The notes: a model not told the origin generated them from the sequence alone. A stretch of DNA of 39,513 nucleotides from Candidatus Nezhaarchaeota archaeon WYZ-LMO8 (GCA_004347965.1 QNVF01000007.1:1-39513); one strand, 5' to 3'. Numbered from the stretch's first letter, positions 26,164 through 36,678 are shown. Translations and numbers: made by a program.

Positions 26164-27645
26164 TTGACCTTCAACTATTCAATTGGCGAGACGTTCTTGA
26201 GCGTTAAAAGCTTACTGCAAGTCATCAGATTAATCCTTGGGAACACGCTCTCTCGCTCCTTCATACGCCACATGTCATCTTCGTGCCCTCATGGGCGTAA
26301 AAGCAAGCTGGAGCATGTTTTGGAGTATATAGCTGGTGACGCTAAAATCCCTCTAAGCTCGTGTAAAGTTGAAGGGTTGATCCTTAAATCCATGATATCT
26401 ATGACAAGTAGGGCTATTCGTGCAGACCCTGATGCTTTTAGAGAGTACGTTAAAAACCCGTCCGTAAGGCGAGGATTAGCTTTAGTTCTTAAGGGAATAG
26501 CTGAGTACGGCATTACCGTCCCACAAAGATTACCGGCACCTTTCTTAGTGGTCTGGAACTTCACGAACATGTGCAACTTGAGGTGTAAGCACTGCTATCA
26601 AAAAGCCGAAAAGTCTCTACCAGATGAGCTCACATTGAACGAAAAACTTGCGGTTCTAGATCAACTTGATAGAGCGTACGTAGCAGCAGTAGCTTTTTCA
26701 GGTGGTGAACCCCTCATTCATCCAGACTTCTTAAAGGTAGCACGCGAAGCATCTTTAAGAGGAATGTACGTCTCTGTTGCAACTAATGGAACAATGATAA
26801 CAAGGGAGCTAGCCAAGAAGTTAAAGGAAGTGGGGGTTAACTACGTCGAGATAAGCTTGGATTCCTCGAATTCGAGGAGACACGACAGCTTTAGAGGAGT
26901 TTCAGGTGCATGGGAGAGAGCTGTTAGAGGTATAAGGATCTGCGTTGAGGAGGGCCTCGTAACCGGTGTCGCAACGACCTTGACGAAGATGAACTACGAC
27001 GAGATAGAGGATATCGTGGATCTATGCGAAGATCTTGGAGTGAAGAGGGTAATATTCTTCAACTTCATTCCAACCGGTAGAGGATCAGACATAGTTAACT
27101 GGGACTTAACCTGTGACGAGAGGGAGGAAGCTCTTAAGACAATATACAAGCTTGCCACGAGTAGGAAGCTGGAGGTAGTGTCAACAGCCCCTCAACTTGC
27201 TAGAGTTGCGCTACAAGAAAGTCGTGGCTGTACAGTGGCTCCAACACATTTTGCAATGGGATCTGATCCCGGAACCTTAGCATTAGCAGAGTTCATAGGC
27301 GGTTGTGGAGCTGGTAGAATCTACGCTGCAATAGAGCCCAATGGAGACCTCACTCCTTGCGTTTTCATGCCAATTAAAGTTGGAAACCTAAGGCAAGAAA
27401 GCTTCGAAGACCTCTGGAGCAAGTCTCCTATATTCCTGAAGTTGAGAGACAGAAATGCATTCCAAGAGCCTTGTGGAAAGTGTCAATACAGATTTGTATG
27501 TGGTGGCTGTAGAGCAAGAGCATATGCCTACACAGGTTGCATAACTGGACCAGATCCTGGATGCATAAACTTTAAGCTTTCAACATGCTTGGAGTCCAAG
27601 ATCTTAAAGTGCGATGCGATTAAGTTAGGCGAAGAGCAACGTTAA
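26164..27645 (+). CDS. Radical SAM/SPASM domain protein
   Basis: CNLRCKHC, FSGGEP and a SPASM region CGAG...GDLTPC...CGKC....CGGCRARA...DPGC; long N-terminal extension. Confidence 0.92.
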   Translation: MTFNYSIGETFLSVKSLLQVIRLILGNTLSRSFIRHMSSSCPHGRKSKLEHVLEYIAGDAKIPLSSCKVEGLILKSMISMTSRAIRADPDAFREYVKNPSVRRGLALVLKGIAEYGITVPQRLPAPFLVVWNFTNMCNLRCKHCYQKAEKSLPDELTLNEKLAVLDQLDRAYVAAVAFSGGEPLIHPDFLKVAREASLRGMYVSVATNGTMITRELAKKLKEVGVNYVEISLDSSNSRRHDSFRGVSGAWERAVRGIRICVEEGLVTGVATTLTKMNYDEIEDIVDLCEDLGVKRVIFFNFIPTGRGSDIVNWDLTCDEREEALKTIYKLATSRKLEVVSTAPQLARVALQESRGCTVAPTHFAMGSDPGTLALAEFIGGCGAGRIYAAIEPNGDLTPCVFMPIKVGNLRQESFEDLWSKSPIFLKLRDRNAFQEPCGKCQYRFVCGGCRARAYAYTGCITGPDPGCINFKLSTCLESKILKCDAIKLGEEQR

Positions 27646-28383
27646 GAAGAGAGCCATTATGCCACTCAAGTAAATGCCATCAAACGTCCCAGCACCACCA
27701 ATACTAATTAGGGGCGATCTAAGTTCATCAAAGTGCTTAATTAAGTTTACCACGTCTGCACCTATGAGCACTCCAATAACAGCTCCTGAGTATGCTATGG
27801 CAGGAGCTAGCTCCACTAAACCCATAAAGCTAGACAGTATGATGGTCGATAGCGCAGCCGTCAAAGGGGGGATGAAGGCAGGTGCGACTATGCCTAACCC
27901 TGGAACAATCCTAGAAGAAGAGTAAGAGACTAGCGATACAAGCAAGATAACTAACGTTTCAACGAAGAGAGCTTGTAGAGCCTTGGTGGTCGTTGACATG
28001 AGGAAGATCATTAAGAGTGATATAGTAAGCGGCACGATGGCTCCGCCAACGTTTATAGCAACCAAGGTCTTAGAGGTCACAAGTCGAAGCCTTGGAACTG
28101 GATAGTATATTCCGAAGAAGGAGATGTACTCCACATCTGGTATGAGAATTTGGTGTGGTATCTCTACAATAGCTATGTTAACGAAGCTCAAAGTTAACGA
28201 CAGTAGTACCATTACGAGAGCTACGACGTAACCAATGGAATGATTTAAACCTAAAGGCTGAAAAGCGTAAGCTAGAGCGCTCGGTGTGAAAAGCAGCCAA
28301 ATTAGTGGCGCAAAAGCTAGGAATAAGAAGGATAGCAGAAATATTGGGTGAAGCGGTACTTGCACGATTATCTTTTTACCCAT
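27625..28383 (-). CDS. DUF1614 family membrane protein
   Basis: AINVGGAIVP, VPGLGI, GVLIGAD, SIGGAGTFDGIYL. Confidence 0.88.
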   Translation of the reverse strand: MGKKIIVQVPLHPIFLLSFLFLAFAPLIWLLFTPSALAYAFQPLGLNHSIGYVVALVMVLLSLTLSFVNIAIVEIPHQILIPDVEYISFFGIYYPVPRLRLVTSKTLVAINVGGAIVPLTISLLMIFLMSTTTKALQALFVETLVILLVSLVSYSSSRIVPGLGIVAPAFIPPLTAALSTIILSSFMGLVELAPAIAYSGAVIGVLIGADVVNLIKHFDELRSPLISIGGAGTFDGIYLSGIMALFLTLLFA

Positions 28384-28588
28384 GCTTACAGCTCCTAGTT
28401 TTGCTGCAAACAGTAATGCTTACACCATATAGAAAACTATTTTCTTACATGCTATAGCCACATCAATAATAGTGCATGAGCCAAAATAATGTCCCCTGCT
28501 CATGTCTAACACGTTATTCAGCCCATCTAAGCCATGAAGACTAGGGCATTAACTTAAGAGCTTAATTCAAATTCTAACAACTATCAAA

Positions 28589-29215
28589 TTGTGTATGTAT
28601 AGCTCTACAAGCAATGCAAGCAAAATAGTAGGTAAGCATTTCTATCGTCGAGATCCTGCAGTAGTAGCTGTTGAGCTCTTAGGTCAAAAACTTGTCAGAA
28701 TGTATGAAGGAACCAGGCTTTCTGGGATAATAATTGAAACTGAGGCTTACTATGGTAGGTGGGATCCTGCTTCAAGAGCTTATAGAAGTTTTAGGGGTGA
28801 TTTAGCTCAAACCCTTTATGGTGAAGTGGGCCATGCGCTCGTGTACGGAGTTCATGGTCAATGGCTCCTAAACGTGGTTGCACATGTGGATGGTGATGGT
28901 GGAGCAGTGCTCATAAGAGCGTTGGAGCCATGCGAGGGCGTGGAGGTGATGAAGAATATTACAGGTACCAGGAACGTTTACATGCTCACTAATGGTCCTG
29001 GAAAGTTGACTAGAGCTTTAATGATAGACAAGAGCTTTCATAAGAAGCCCATTTACACAATAGAGCATGGACTTTGGGTTGAAGAGTATGTAAAATTGGG
29101 TCCAAGTCAGATAGCTAAGAGTAGGAGGATAGGTGTTTCAAGGGATCTTCCTCAAGAACTGAGGTTCTACGTACATGGCAACCCTTTCGTCTCTAAGAAG
29201 ACCTCCATCAGATAG
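28589..29215 (+). CDS. mpg: 3-methyladenine DNA glycosylase (MPG/AAG family)
   Basis: IIETEAY, LNVV, AVLIRALEP, LTNGPGKL, RIGVS, RFY. Confidence 0.93.
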   Translation: MCMYSSTSNASKIVGKHFYRRDPAVVAVELLGQKLVRMYEGTRLSGIIIETEAYYGRWDPASRAYRSFRGDLAQTLYGEVGHALVYGVHGQWLLNVVAHVDGDGGAVLIRALEPCEGVEVMKNITGTRNVYMLTNGPGKLTRALMIDKSFHKKPIYTIEHGLWVEEYVKLGPSQIAKSRRIGVSRDLPQELRFYVHGNPFVSKKTSIR

Positions 29216-29273
29216 CTATCCTTTAGCAGCAAACAACATATTCTTAATAGAGAAAAGTAAGGGTTGAAATGCT

Positions 29274-29681
29274 GTGACTGGACCAGGCGAGGGTAAGTTA
29301 AAGATTGAAGCTCAGGTTTACGTTAATGGAGAGCTTTTAAGGGATGTAGATGTCTACGTGCACGTTAAAGGTTACTCTCTCGCTCGCGTTACTCATCTCG
29401 ACATAGAGCACCCAGATGTGAATAAGTACGTGAAACCTCATGGTGGGAGGTTCCTAAAGATCGTTGGGATCAAGGGGGGCTTTATGGTTAAGGATAGCTC
29501 GTGGGTCATGATCGTTAAGAGCACATTCCTTGAAGACCTCCTTAAAATAGGCGAGGAGACCTATGCCTGGGTCGGGGGAAAGCTTGGAGGTATGTACATA
29601 GGCTTCAAGAAGACGTATATAGAGAAGTTGGAAGAGAAGGCTATCAAGCTCTACAACATAATCCCACGACGAGCACGTTAA
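29274..29681 (+). CDS. Hypothetical protein
   Basis: Clean 135-aa ORF, beta-rich, with YVHVKGYSLARVTHLDIE and WVGGKLGGMYIGF segments. No family recognised. Confidence 0.7.
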   Translation: MTGPGEGKLKIEAQVYVNGELLRDVDVYVHVKGYSLARVTHLDIEHPDVNKYVKPHGGRFLKIVGIKGGFMVKDSSWVMIVKSTFLEDLLKIGEETYAWVGGKLGGMYIGFKKTYIEKLEEKAIKLYNIIPRRAR

Positions 29682-29835
29682 ATTGAGTTCTTAGTGGCTT
29701 GCTTCGTGTACTTTCCCATTTCTTAGCACTCACCTTCGCATGAAGCATACGTTCTAAGTTCTTGGCACTCTAAGAACCACATGATTTGATACTAGTATCA
29801 TTGACTCTTAATAAAAATGATAAGCGAGGAGAGAG

Positions 29836-30279
29836 ATGAACTATACTGGTGCTTACGTCTTGTGTAGTCGAGAAGGGATTCTCGAAAGGATACGTGAGAA
29901 AATTAATCGAGATCCCTACGCAAACCTACTGGGAATAGAGGTTCTTGAAGTTAAAGAAGGTTATTCAAGAGCATCAGTAACAGTTAAAGGAGAGATGGTG
30001 AACTTTCATGGAATGGCACATGGAGGCTTAATAGCGTCACTAGCTGACGTAGCCTTTGCAGCAGCAAGTAATTCACATAACAAGAAAGCTCTTGCCCTCA
30101 ACTTAAATATAAGTTATCGAAGACCGGTCAAGGTAGGTGAAACTCTGGTAGCAGAGGCATTTGAGGAAAGTCTTGGTGACACTACGGCTCTCTATAGGAT
30201 TGTAGTTAAGAACTTTAAGGGCGTTTTAGTTGCAGTATGCCAAGGTCTTGCTTATAGAATAGACGAACCTGTTACATGA
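29836..30279 (+). CDS. PaaI-family hotdog thioesterase
   Basis: DPYANLLGIE, NFHGMAHGG...LADVAF, ISYRRP. Confidence 0.92.
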   Translation: MNYTGAYVLCSREGILERIREKINRDPYANLLGIEVLEVKEGYSRASVTVKGEMVNFHGMAHGGLIASLADVAFAAASNSHNKKALALNLNISYRRPVKVGETLVAEAFEESLGDTTALYRIVVKNFKGVLVAVCQGLAYRIDEPVT

Positions 30280-30618
30280 AACTTATGAGCTCACCTCATC
30301 AGGGCCTCTTCATTTCTCTACATTTCGGGTTAAAGCATTTGTAAGGTCATAGCGATAACGTAAGCTACTACTTCAACTATTAGCATTAGCCCTTAACGAA
30401 ATCTTTAGTTCTGTTGGTAATAGGTCTCTAACTTAATTATGACTGTGGTCACTGCTAAGACACCATACTTTATTGCTAAGATTATGTCTGGTGACATGTT
30501 TTACCTGCATAAATCATGTTCGTACGGTGAAGGCTGGAATGTTTGGGATAAGCTTAACAGCAAGACAAGAGTTAAAGGCTCACTTTACATAAGAAATCCA
30601 GTGGAGGGTAATGAGGTT

Positions 30619-31464
30619 TTGAAAAAAGTAATTAATGGGCTACTTTTTGGAACGGCTGGTATACCCCTAAGTACTCCAAAGCCTGCTACGAGCGTTAATG
30701 GCGTTTTAAGAGTTAGAGAATTGGGGCTCAATGCCATGGAGCTTGAGTTCGTTAGAGGGGTCAAGATGAGCGACGACTTAGCCTACAAGGTTAGAAGCGT
30801 TAGCGAAGCTGCTAAAGTAGTTCTAACAGCACACGCACCTTACTACATAAATCTGAACTCTCCCGAGAAGGCTAAGGTTGAAGCAAGTATCAATAGGATA
30901 CTTGAGACAGCAAGAGTTGCTTACAAGGCTGGTGGATGGTCCATAGTATTTCATCCAGCTTACTACGGCAAGGACTCAGCGGAGCTGGTCTACGAGAGGG
31001 TTAAGGAGGCTCTTAAGGTTATAGTCAGAACCTTGAGCGATGAAGGAGTAAGCGTGTGGATTAGACCTGAAACCTCTGGTGGACTAGCAGAGTTCGGTAG
31101 CCTAGAAGAGGTTGTGAGACTTAGCCAAGAAGTTGAAGGAGTGCTACCATGCATAGACTTCGCACACATGCATGCTAGGAGCAGGGGAGAGTATAACAGC
31201 TACGAGGAGTTTATGAAAGTGTTCAACTATGTAGAGAAAGAGCTGGGCAAAGATATCTTGAAGAACATGCACATGCACTTCTCAGGAATAGAGTATGGAG
31301 AGAAGGGGGAGATAAGGCATTTGAACATCCAAGAATCTGATTTCAAGTACGTTGATCTTGCCAAGGCCTTGAAGGACTATTCGATTGAGGGAATAATAAT
31401 AAGCGAGTCGCCAAACATAGAAGACGATGCATTACTTCTAAAGAAGGCTTACGATCTATCCTGA
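30619..31464 (+). CDS. nfo: Endonuclease IV-like TIM-barrel AP endonuclease (archaeal type)
   Basis: FGTAGIP, ELEFVRG, HAPYYINLNS, FHP, PETSG, DFAHMHAR, HMHFSGI, HL, ESP. Start moved from 30439 to TTG 30619, which follows GAGGT. Confidence 0.88.
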   Translation: MKKVINGLLFGTAGIPLSTPKPATSVNGVLRVRELGLNAMELEFVRGVKMSDDLAYKVRSVSEAAKVVLTAHAPYYINLNSPEKAKVEASINRILETARVAYKAGGWSIVFHPAYYGKDSAELVYERVKEALKVIVRTLSDEGVSVWIRPETSGGLAEFGSLEEVVRLSQEVEGVLPCIDFAHMHARSRGEYNSYEEFMKVFNYVEKELGKDILKNMHMHFSGIEYGEKGEIRHLNIQESDFKYVDLAKALKDYSIEGIIISESPNIEDDALLLKKAYDLS

Positions 31465-31716
31465 AGCGTTCGTGACTTAAGGTCTCATGAAAGCCTTCAA
31501 GCGAGAATGTAGCTAAAAGCCCTCATTATCAAGCGAAGAGAGAGTGAAGTCACATGCTAATCGAAGTAATCTGAGATTAAATTATAGTGTAACCCTCTTT
31601 TTACTAAACTGCCTAGCATCGTTAATGAGTGAACCCTCTGGCTTCGCCTTGCTTGTAAGATGACCAGCATACAACTTTTTTAGCGGCACCTATTACTACT
31701 TAAACGGGTAGGAGGG

Positions 31717-32844
31717 ATGCCCAAGATTAGTAAGAAAATACTAGCTGCTATCGTTGCTGTAATCGTGATAGTCATAGCTGTTGCTGCTTATACGGCTCTA
31801 ACACCAAAAGGGCCTGAGCTTAAAGAGAAGGTTTCTTGGGTGATCGGTACATCAGATCCAGGCTCTGTAGGATACATAGCTCACGCTACAATAGCTGATA
31901 TACTCACGAGAACCTATCCCGAGTACTTTGCAATCTCGATAAGTGTTGTTGGTGGCGCTGCTGCAGGTCACGCTGCTTGGGATGCTGGAAAATGCGATAT
32001 AGGGTATTCAGCTATGAACATAGTTTACCAGTATGTCACGAAGACTGGACGATGGGATCCCGCGAAAGCGACGGCAAAAAGGTACGATGAGATGACGGTC
32101 ATAGTTTACCAATACCCGCTGATATATACGCTGTTTGTAACGGAGGATTTAAAGGATCAGGTCACGTGCTGGAGCGACCTCAAGAAGTTCGGTAAGACAA
32201 TAGGAGTTTACGCTACTCCGGCTGCCTATGCAAGCCACGAGGTGTTTAGAGAAGCTTTCTCGATATTGTTCGACTGCAAGCCCGAAGAATTAGACCAAAT
32301 ACTCGCCATCGATGCATCTGGCGTCGCTGCTGTGCCAGACCTGTTAATCACAGGCAGGGTCAAGGCTGTTTGGGGTTATGGTGATCCAGGTGGCCCTGCA
32401 TCGTGGGTTTCAGATGCCTTCGCTAGGTATGGATATAGACTGGTTGCGGTCCCACCATCGAAAAGTGAGCTAGAAAAGATATTGGGTAAGTCACCAGATC
32501 TCGTAAAATTCAAAATGGATTTAACCCCCTACAATGTGAGGACGAGGGCTGGAGAGACATCCATTGACACAATAGCTGTTGGCTTCGGGCTCGTTGGGAG
32601 CAAAAACCTCAGTAAGGATCATGTTTATGTGCTCTTTGAGGTGCACATAAAGAATGCAAAGGATCTTGAGGCAACAGGTGTAGCAACCTTCAAGAACTAC
32701 AGTAAGTGGTTCTTGGACTTCTGTGTAGAGTGCTTCAAGAAGCAATCCACCTTTGGAGCTAAGATACACCCCGGTGTGGCTGAAGTTCTAAAGAATTACG
32801 GCTACGATCCGGAGAGGTTGGGAATACTTATAGCTAAGTCATAA
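31717..32844 (+). CDS. TRAP transporter solute-binding subunit, TAXI family
   Basis: N-terminal membrane anchor, IGTSDPGSVGY, WSDL, C-terminal IHPGVAE; next to a fused TRAP permease. Confidence 0.8.
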   Translation: MPKISKKILAAIVAVIVIVIAVAAYTALTPKGPELKEKVSWVIGTSDPGSVGYIAHATIADILTRTYPEYFAISISVVGGAAAGHAAWDAGKCDIGYSAMNIVYQYVTKTGRWDPAKATAKRYDEMTVIVYQYPLIYTLFVTEDLKDQVTCWSDLKKFGKTIGVYATPAAYASHEVFREAFSILFDCKPEELDQILAIDASGVAAVPDLLITGRVKAVWGYGDPGGPASWVSDAFARYGYRLVAVPPSKSELEKILGKSPDLVKFKMDLTPYNVRTRAGETSIDTIAVGFGLVGSKNLSKDHVYVLFEVHIKNAKDLEATGVATFKNYSKWFLDFCVECFKKQSTFGAKIHPGVAEVLKNYGYDPERLGILIAKS

Positions 32845-32884
32845 GCACAACTTCGACACAACAAACCTTTTATACTCTTTTTTC

Positions 32885-32908
32885 CTTCTAAAAGTCTTCT
32901 TTTAGAAG
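32885..32908 (+). terminator. Perfect 10-bp hairpin after a T-tract, between the binding-protein and permease genes
   Basis: CTTCTAAAAG-TCTT-CTTTTAGAAG. Confidence 0.55.
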
Positions 32909-32941
32909 AGCAGCACTTAACAGCTTAGGTAGGGTGGCATT

Positions 32942-34957
32942 ATGAGTGATGCTTCAGGCAGAAAAGACGTGTTTTTAAGGGCCCTTTACATTGCCCTTTG
33001 CCTGCTACTGATATGCTACGTTATGTGGTATGCTGGTACTCTCTATATTGAGAGGGAGAGGGCTGCTACATTGTACTTAGCGTTTTCGTGTATGATTTTG
33101 CTTCTTCACTCACTCATGGGACGCAATAAACTGTTCAACCTAAAGAGTCCGCTATTAAATAAAGCATTGTCCTCGATCTTCATCTTATCCGTAATCATGA
33201 GTGGCATCTACTTCTTCGCTGAGTACTACAACATAATATACTACAGGATGGGTATAGGGAATGTGTATGACATAATCTTCGGGGCCATCATGCTGATAGC
33301 AGTGCTTGAGTGTTGTAGAAAGGATGTTGAGAAATGGTTGCTCATAGTAGCGCTAGCCTTCATGGTCTACGCGCTCTTAGGTCCCTATATACCCCATCCG
33401 CTCTTAGGTCATAGGGGGCTGGATGTGCCATCCCTTGTAAGATCTCTTTCAGCAGACATACCATTAGGCATCTTTGGGCTGCTGACTCAGATAGCATTCA
33501 CATGGATTTCAGCATTCATAATATTTGCAGCATTCCTCAGAGCTCTTGGAGGCTACGACACGCTCTTCAGCCTAGCAAGATACATGGTCACGAGAAGCCC
33601 GTATATGGTACCTCAAACTGGCGTCGTTATGAGCGCCCTCTTCGGAATGTTTAGTGGTAGCGCACCTGCAAACGTTGCTGGCACAGGCGTCTTCACGATA
33701 CCCATGAATAAACGCGTTGGGGTTCCAGCATACTTTGCAGGTGCAATAGAAAGTGTGGCTTCAAGTGGAGGTTTAATAGTCCCACCAGTCATGGGTGCAG
33801 CAGCCTTCATTATGGCATCACTTCTAGGGGTGCCCTACATATACGTATGTGCTGTCGCTGTGATCCCTGCTATAATTTACTATTTGGCTGCGTCGATCGC
33901 CGTATTTTGCATTACGCGTCAATACTTAGATGTTCAAAAAGCTCAAGCCCTCTTAAAAGAGACTGCTGCTGTAAGGGCTATCGACATTGTAAGGATTGGC
34001 ATACCGTTTTTCCTTGCACTAGCAATCCTCATATTCCTGATGGCTTACTATAGAATGGATCCATTGCTTGCATGCTTCCGAACAGTAATAATATACTTAC
34101 CATTCGCCTTCGTTTACAACTACTTAGTGGTGTTTAGAAGAACCTCAAAAAGTGGATCGCTCAAAGAGTACCTTAAGGATTTTGCAAAACGCCTTCGTGA
34201 TTCGATAGAGGAAGGTGGTTCGCTCGCCGCAAATGCTGGAGTTATGTTAGCTACCATCGGCATAATCACAGGCGTCTTAACAGTTACGGGCTCCGCTCTA
34301 AAGTGGTCGATGGCCCTCGTACATCTAGTAGGCTACAATCTGGTGCTTCTGGTCGTAGCTGCATGGATCATTACCTTTCTCCTAGGATTCGGAGTTTCAG
34401 CTACAGGTGTATACGTAATAGCAATATCCATACTGCTTCTGCCTTTCGGGAAGTTAGGCGTTGAACCTATTGTAACTCACTTCTTCGTGTTCTGGATGGC
34501 AGTCCTCTCCGCCATAACACCGCCTGTTGCAATAGCTTGCGCCACAGCTGCGAAGATAGCTCAAGAAAGCTTCGGCAAGATCTCATGGGAGTCCGTAAAG
34601 ATAGGGCTACCGCTATTCATGTTATGCTTCTCGTTCTTCGTGTGGCCAGAGCTGCTAGTGTGGTCTTCAGAGACCATTGCGGCAGCCATACTATTAATCG
34701 TGGCTGCTATGTCGATGCCGATAGCCATATATGGTGTTGGAGCTTTAAGAGATGTCGTTAAATCGAGGACCCTTCAATACGCCATTAGAGTGTTGCTGGG
34801 AGTGACGTCATTACTCATATTCCTTGGAAGGCCACTGATCCCGATATACATATCGTACTTAATGGCTGCATTAGCAGCCGCCATAGCAATCTATCTAATA
34901 GCTTTTGAGGTCAGAGCCTACGGACTACGAATTAGGGCTTTAGGCTTCACAAGATGA
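32942..34957 (+). CDS. TRAP transporter fused (4TM/12TM) permease
   Basis: SGSAPANVAGTGVFTIP, AGAIESVASSGG.IVPPVMGAAAFIMA, SAITPPVA. Confidence 0.94.
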   Translation: MSDASGRKDVFLRALYIALCLLLICYVMWYAGTLYIERERAATLYLAFSCMILLLHSLMGRNKLFNLKSPLLNKALSSIFILSVIMSGIYFFAEYYNIIYYRMGIGNVYDIIFGAIMLIAVLECCRKDVEKWLLIVALAFMVYALLGPYIPHPLLGHRGLDVPSLVRSLSADIPLGIFGLLTQIAFTWISAFIIFAAFLRALGGYDTLFSLARYMVTRSPYMVPQTGVVMSALFGMFSGSAPANVAGTGVFTIPMNKRVGVPAYFAGAIESVASSGGLIVPPVMGAAAFIMASLLGVPYIYVCAVAVIPAIIYYLAASIAVFCITRQYLDVQKAQALLKETAAVRAIDIVRIGIPFFLALAILIFLMAYYRMDPLLACFRTVIIYLPFAFVYNYLVVFRRTSKSGSLKEYLKDFAKRLRDSIEEGGSLAANAGVMLATIGIITGVLTVTGSALKWSMALVHLVGYNLVLLVVAAWIITFLLGFGVSATGVYVIAISILLLPFGKLGVEPIVTHFFVFWMAVLSAITPPVAIACATAAKIAQESFGKISWESVKIGLPLFMLCFSFFVWPELLVWSSETIAAAILLIVAAMSMPIAIYGVGALRDVVKSRTLQYAIRVLLGVTSLLIFLGRPLIPIYISYLMAALAAAIAIYLIAFEVRAYGLRIRALGFTR

Positions 34958-35049
34958 ACCTAGCCACTTTCTTTAACATTGATGACTGGCAGTGGTAAGA
35001 CATATATTTCTGATTTTTAGGAGTCTCAGCGTTTAAGGAGGATTACTAG

Positions 35050-36678
35050 ATGGTTAGGCTCTATGAGTATCAGGGGAAGCAGATATTGAAAGATAATGGC
35101 GTTCCAGTACCTGAAGGCTATGTGATCTTCAGAGCAAATGACGTGGCAACGGTCTTGGATAGAATAGGTAAAAATGTTGCGATAAAGGCTCAGTTGCTTA
35201 CGACTGGGAGGCTTAAGGCCGGCGGTATAAGGTTCGCCTCGTCAATTAATGAAGTTGTATCCATAGTAAACGACATGATCGGTAAGGAGATTAAGGGCAC
35301 GCGTGTTGATAAGGTCTTAATTGAAGAGAAGCTTGAAATAGTCAAGGAGTTCTTCATTAGCATTACGGTGTCAGATTCCTACAAGATCAAGGGCCCCATC
35401 ATCCTTTTTAGCACAGAAGGCGGCGTTAACATTGAGGAGGTTGCGGAGAAGCATCCTGAAAAAATACTCGCAATGCCAATAGACTACCTTAAAGGTATCG
35501 ATAGGGATGACGTCAAGAAGGGAATCATGAGATTAGGCGTGCCAGAAAACTTGGCTGAGCAGCTCGCTGACTTTGTAGCAAAGCTTTACGATGTGTTTAA
35601 GAAGTACGATGCTCACACGGTTGAGGTCAACCCACTAGTCTTGACGAAAGATGGAAGGCTCCTAGCAGCTGACTGCAGGATAACGATTGACGATAGCTCA
35701 ATGTACAGACACCCTGAACTGGGCATTGAGGTTCCACGCGATATTGCAAGGCCGATAACTGAGTTTGAGAAGATGGCATGGAAGATAGAGGAGAGCGATT
35801 ATAGAGGTGTGTGCTACTTCATGCAGTTTGTTAGTGACGTTAACGAGATTGCGAGAGGTGGCTACATAGCTTTCCATGGTATAGGTGGAGGAGCTTGTAT
35901 GTTAGCTTCCGAGGTTCTTCTTAGGCGAGGCTTCAAACTGGCGACTTACCTTGACACGAGTGGAAACCCAACAGCATTTAAAGTATATCGGGGCATGAAG
36001 GTCTCTCTGTCACTGCCTAACATTGATGGATACTACTTGGCTGGAGCAGTAATAGCTAATCAAGAGCAATGGTATCATGGATTCGCCATAGTCAAAGCAT
36101 TTAGAGAGTACTCAAAGTACAAGCCGGGATTTCCAGTTGTAATATTGATAGCCGGTAATAAGGAGGCTGAAACCCATAGGATAATAACGGAAGGCTTAAA
36201 GGATGTTCCGCTGAGGTGGGAACTGTATGGGAGGGAGAAGGTTCTCGATATAGACTTCATAACCGATAGGTTCTCTAAATTAGTCGAGGGTTACAAAGGA
36301 GGGGATGCGAAAGCTGTTGGAAGCGTAATGGATTTCGTTGAGGCGAAAGGACCATCTGAAGACGAGTTAAGGGACTATTTGTGGTTCAAGACGTCGACTG
36401 GAGGAGAGGTGTACGTAAACCTTAAGAGGTGTGTGGCACCCAACTGTGGCTTTGCCTGCGTTAAGGCGTGCAGGTGGATGGGTACCGGGGCTCTTAAGGT
36501 GGAGAGGGGCAAGCCAAGCCTTGCTTCTAGAGACCCTGAATCTCTACGAAGATTGTGTAGTGAGTGTCTTGCTTGTGAGTTCTACTGCATGGTCAGAGGA
36601 AGCAATGCCATAAGGATAGTAGTCCCAGTGCAAGGTCTAGTTGACGTTGTAAGCAAGTACTTACATCTGTATAGGTGA
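35050..36678 (+). CDS. ADP-forming acyl-CoA ligase beta subunit (SucC/ATP-citrate lyase/citryl-CoA synthetase-like) with a C-terminal ferredoxin-like domain
   Basis: RLYEYQGK, IKAQ...GRLKAGG, STEGGVNIEEV, EVNPL, GGGA, DTSGNP, VIAN. C-terminus has CVAPNCGFACVKAC and CSECLACEFYC. Confidence 0.88.
   Translation: MVRLYEYQGKQILKDNGVPVPEGYVIFRANDVATVLDRIGKNVAIKAQLLTTGRLKAGGIRFASSINEVVSIVNDMIGKEIKGTRVDKVLIEEKLEIVKEFFISITVSDSYKIKGPIILFSTEGGVNIEEVAEKHPEKILAMPIDYLKGIDRDDVKKGIMRLGVPENLAEQLADFVAKLYDVFKKYDAHTVEVNPLVLTKDGRLLAADCRITIDDSSMYRHPELGIEVPRDIARPITEFEKMAWKIEESDYRGVCYFMQFVSDVNEIARGGYIAFHGIGGGACMLASEVLLRRGFKLATYLDTSGNPTAFKVYRGMKVSLSLPNIDGYYLAGAVIANQEQWYHGFAIVKAFREYSKYKPGFPVVILIAGNKEAETHRIITEGLKDVPLRWELYGREKVLDIDFITDRFSKLVEGYKGGDAKAVGSVMDFVEAKGPSEDELRDYLWFKTSTGGEVYVNLKRCVAPNCGFACVKACRWMGTGALKVERGKPSLASRDPESLRRLCSECLACEFYCMVRGSNAIRIVVPVQGLVDVVSKYLHLYR

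Noticed and set aside
26164..27645. RiPP cluster around the radical SAM/SPASM gene
   Set aside because: No precursor peptide, PqqD/RRE partner, protease or exporter is adjacent.
29720..29770. Imperfect direct repeat TTCTT(A/G)GCACTC
   Set aside because: Only two copies with a mismatch; insufficient for a CRISPR or operator call.
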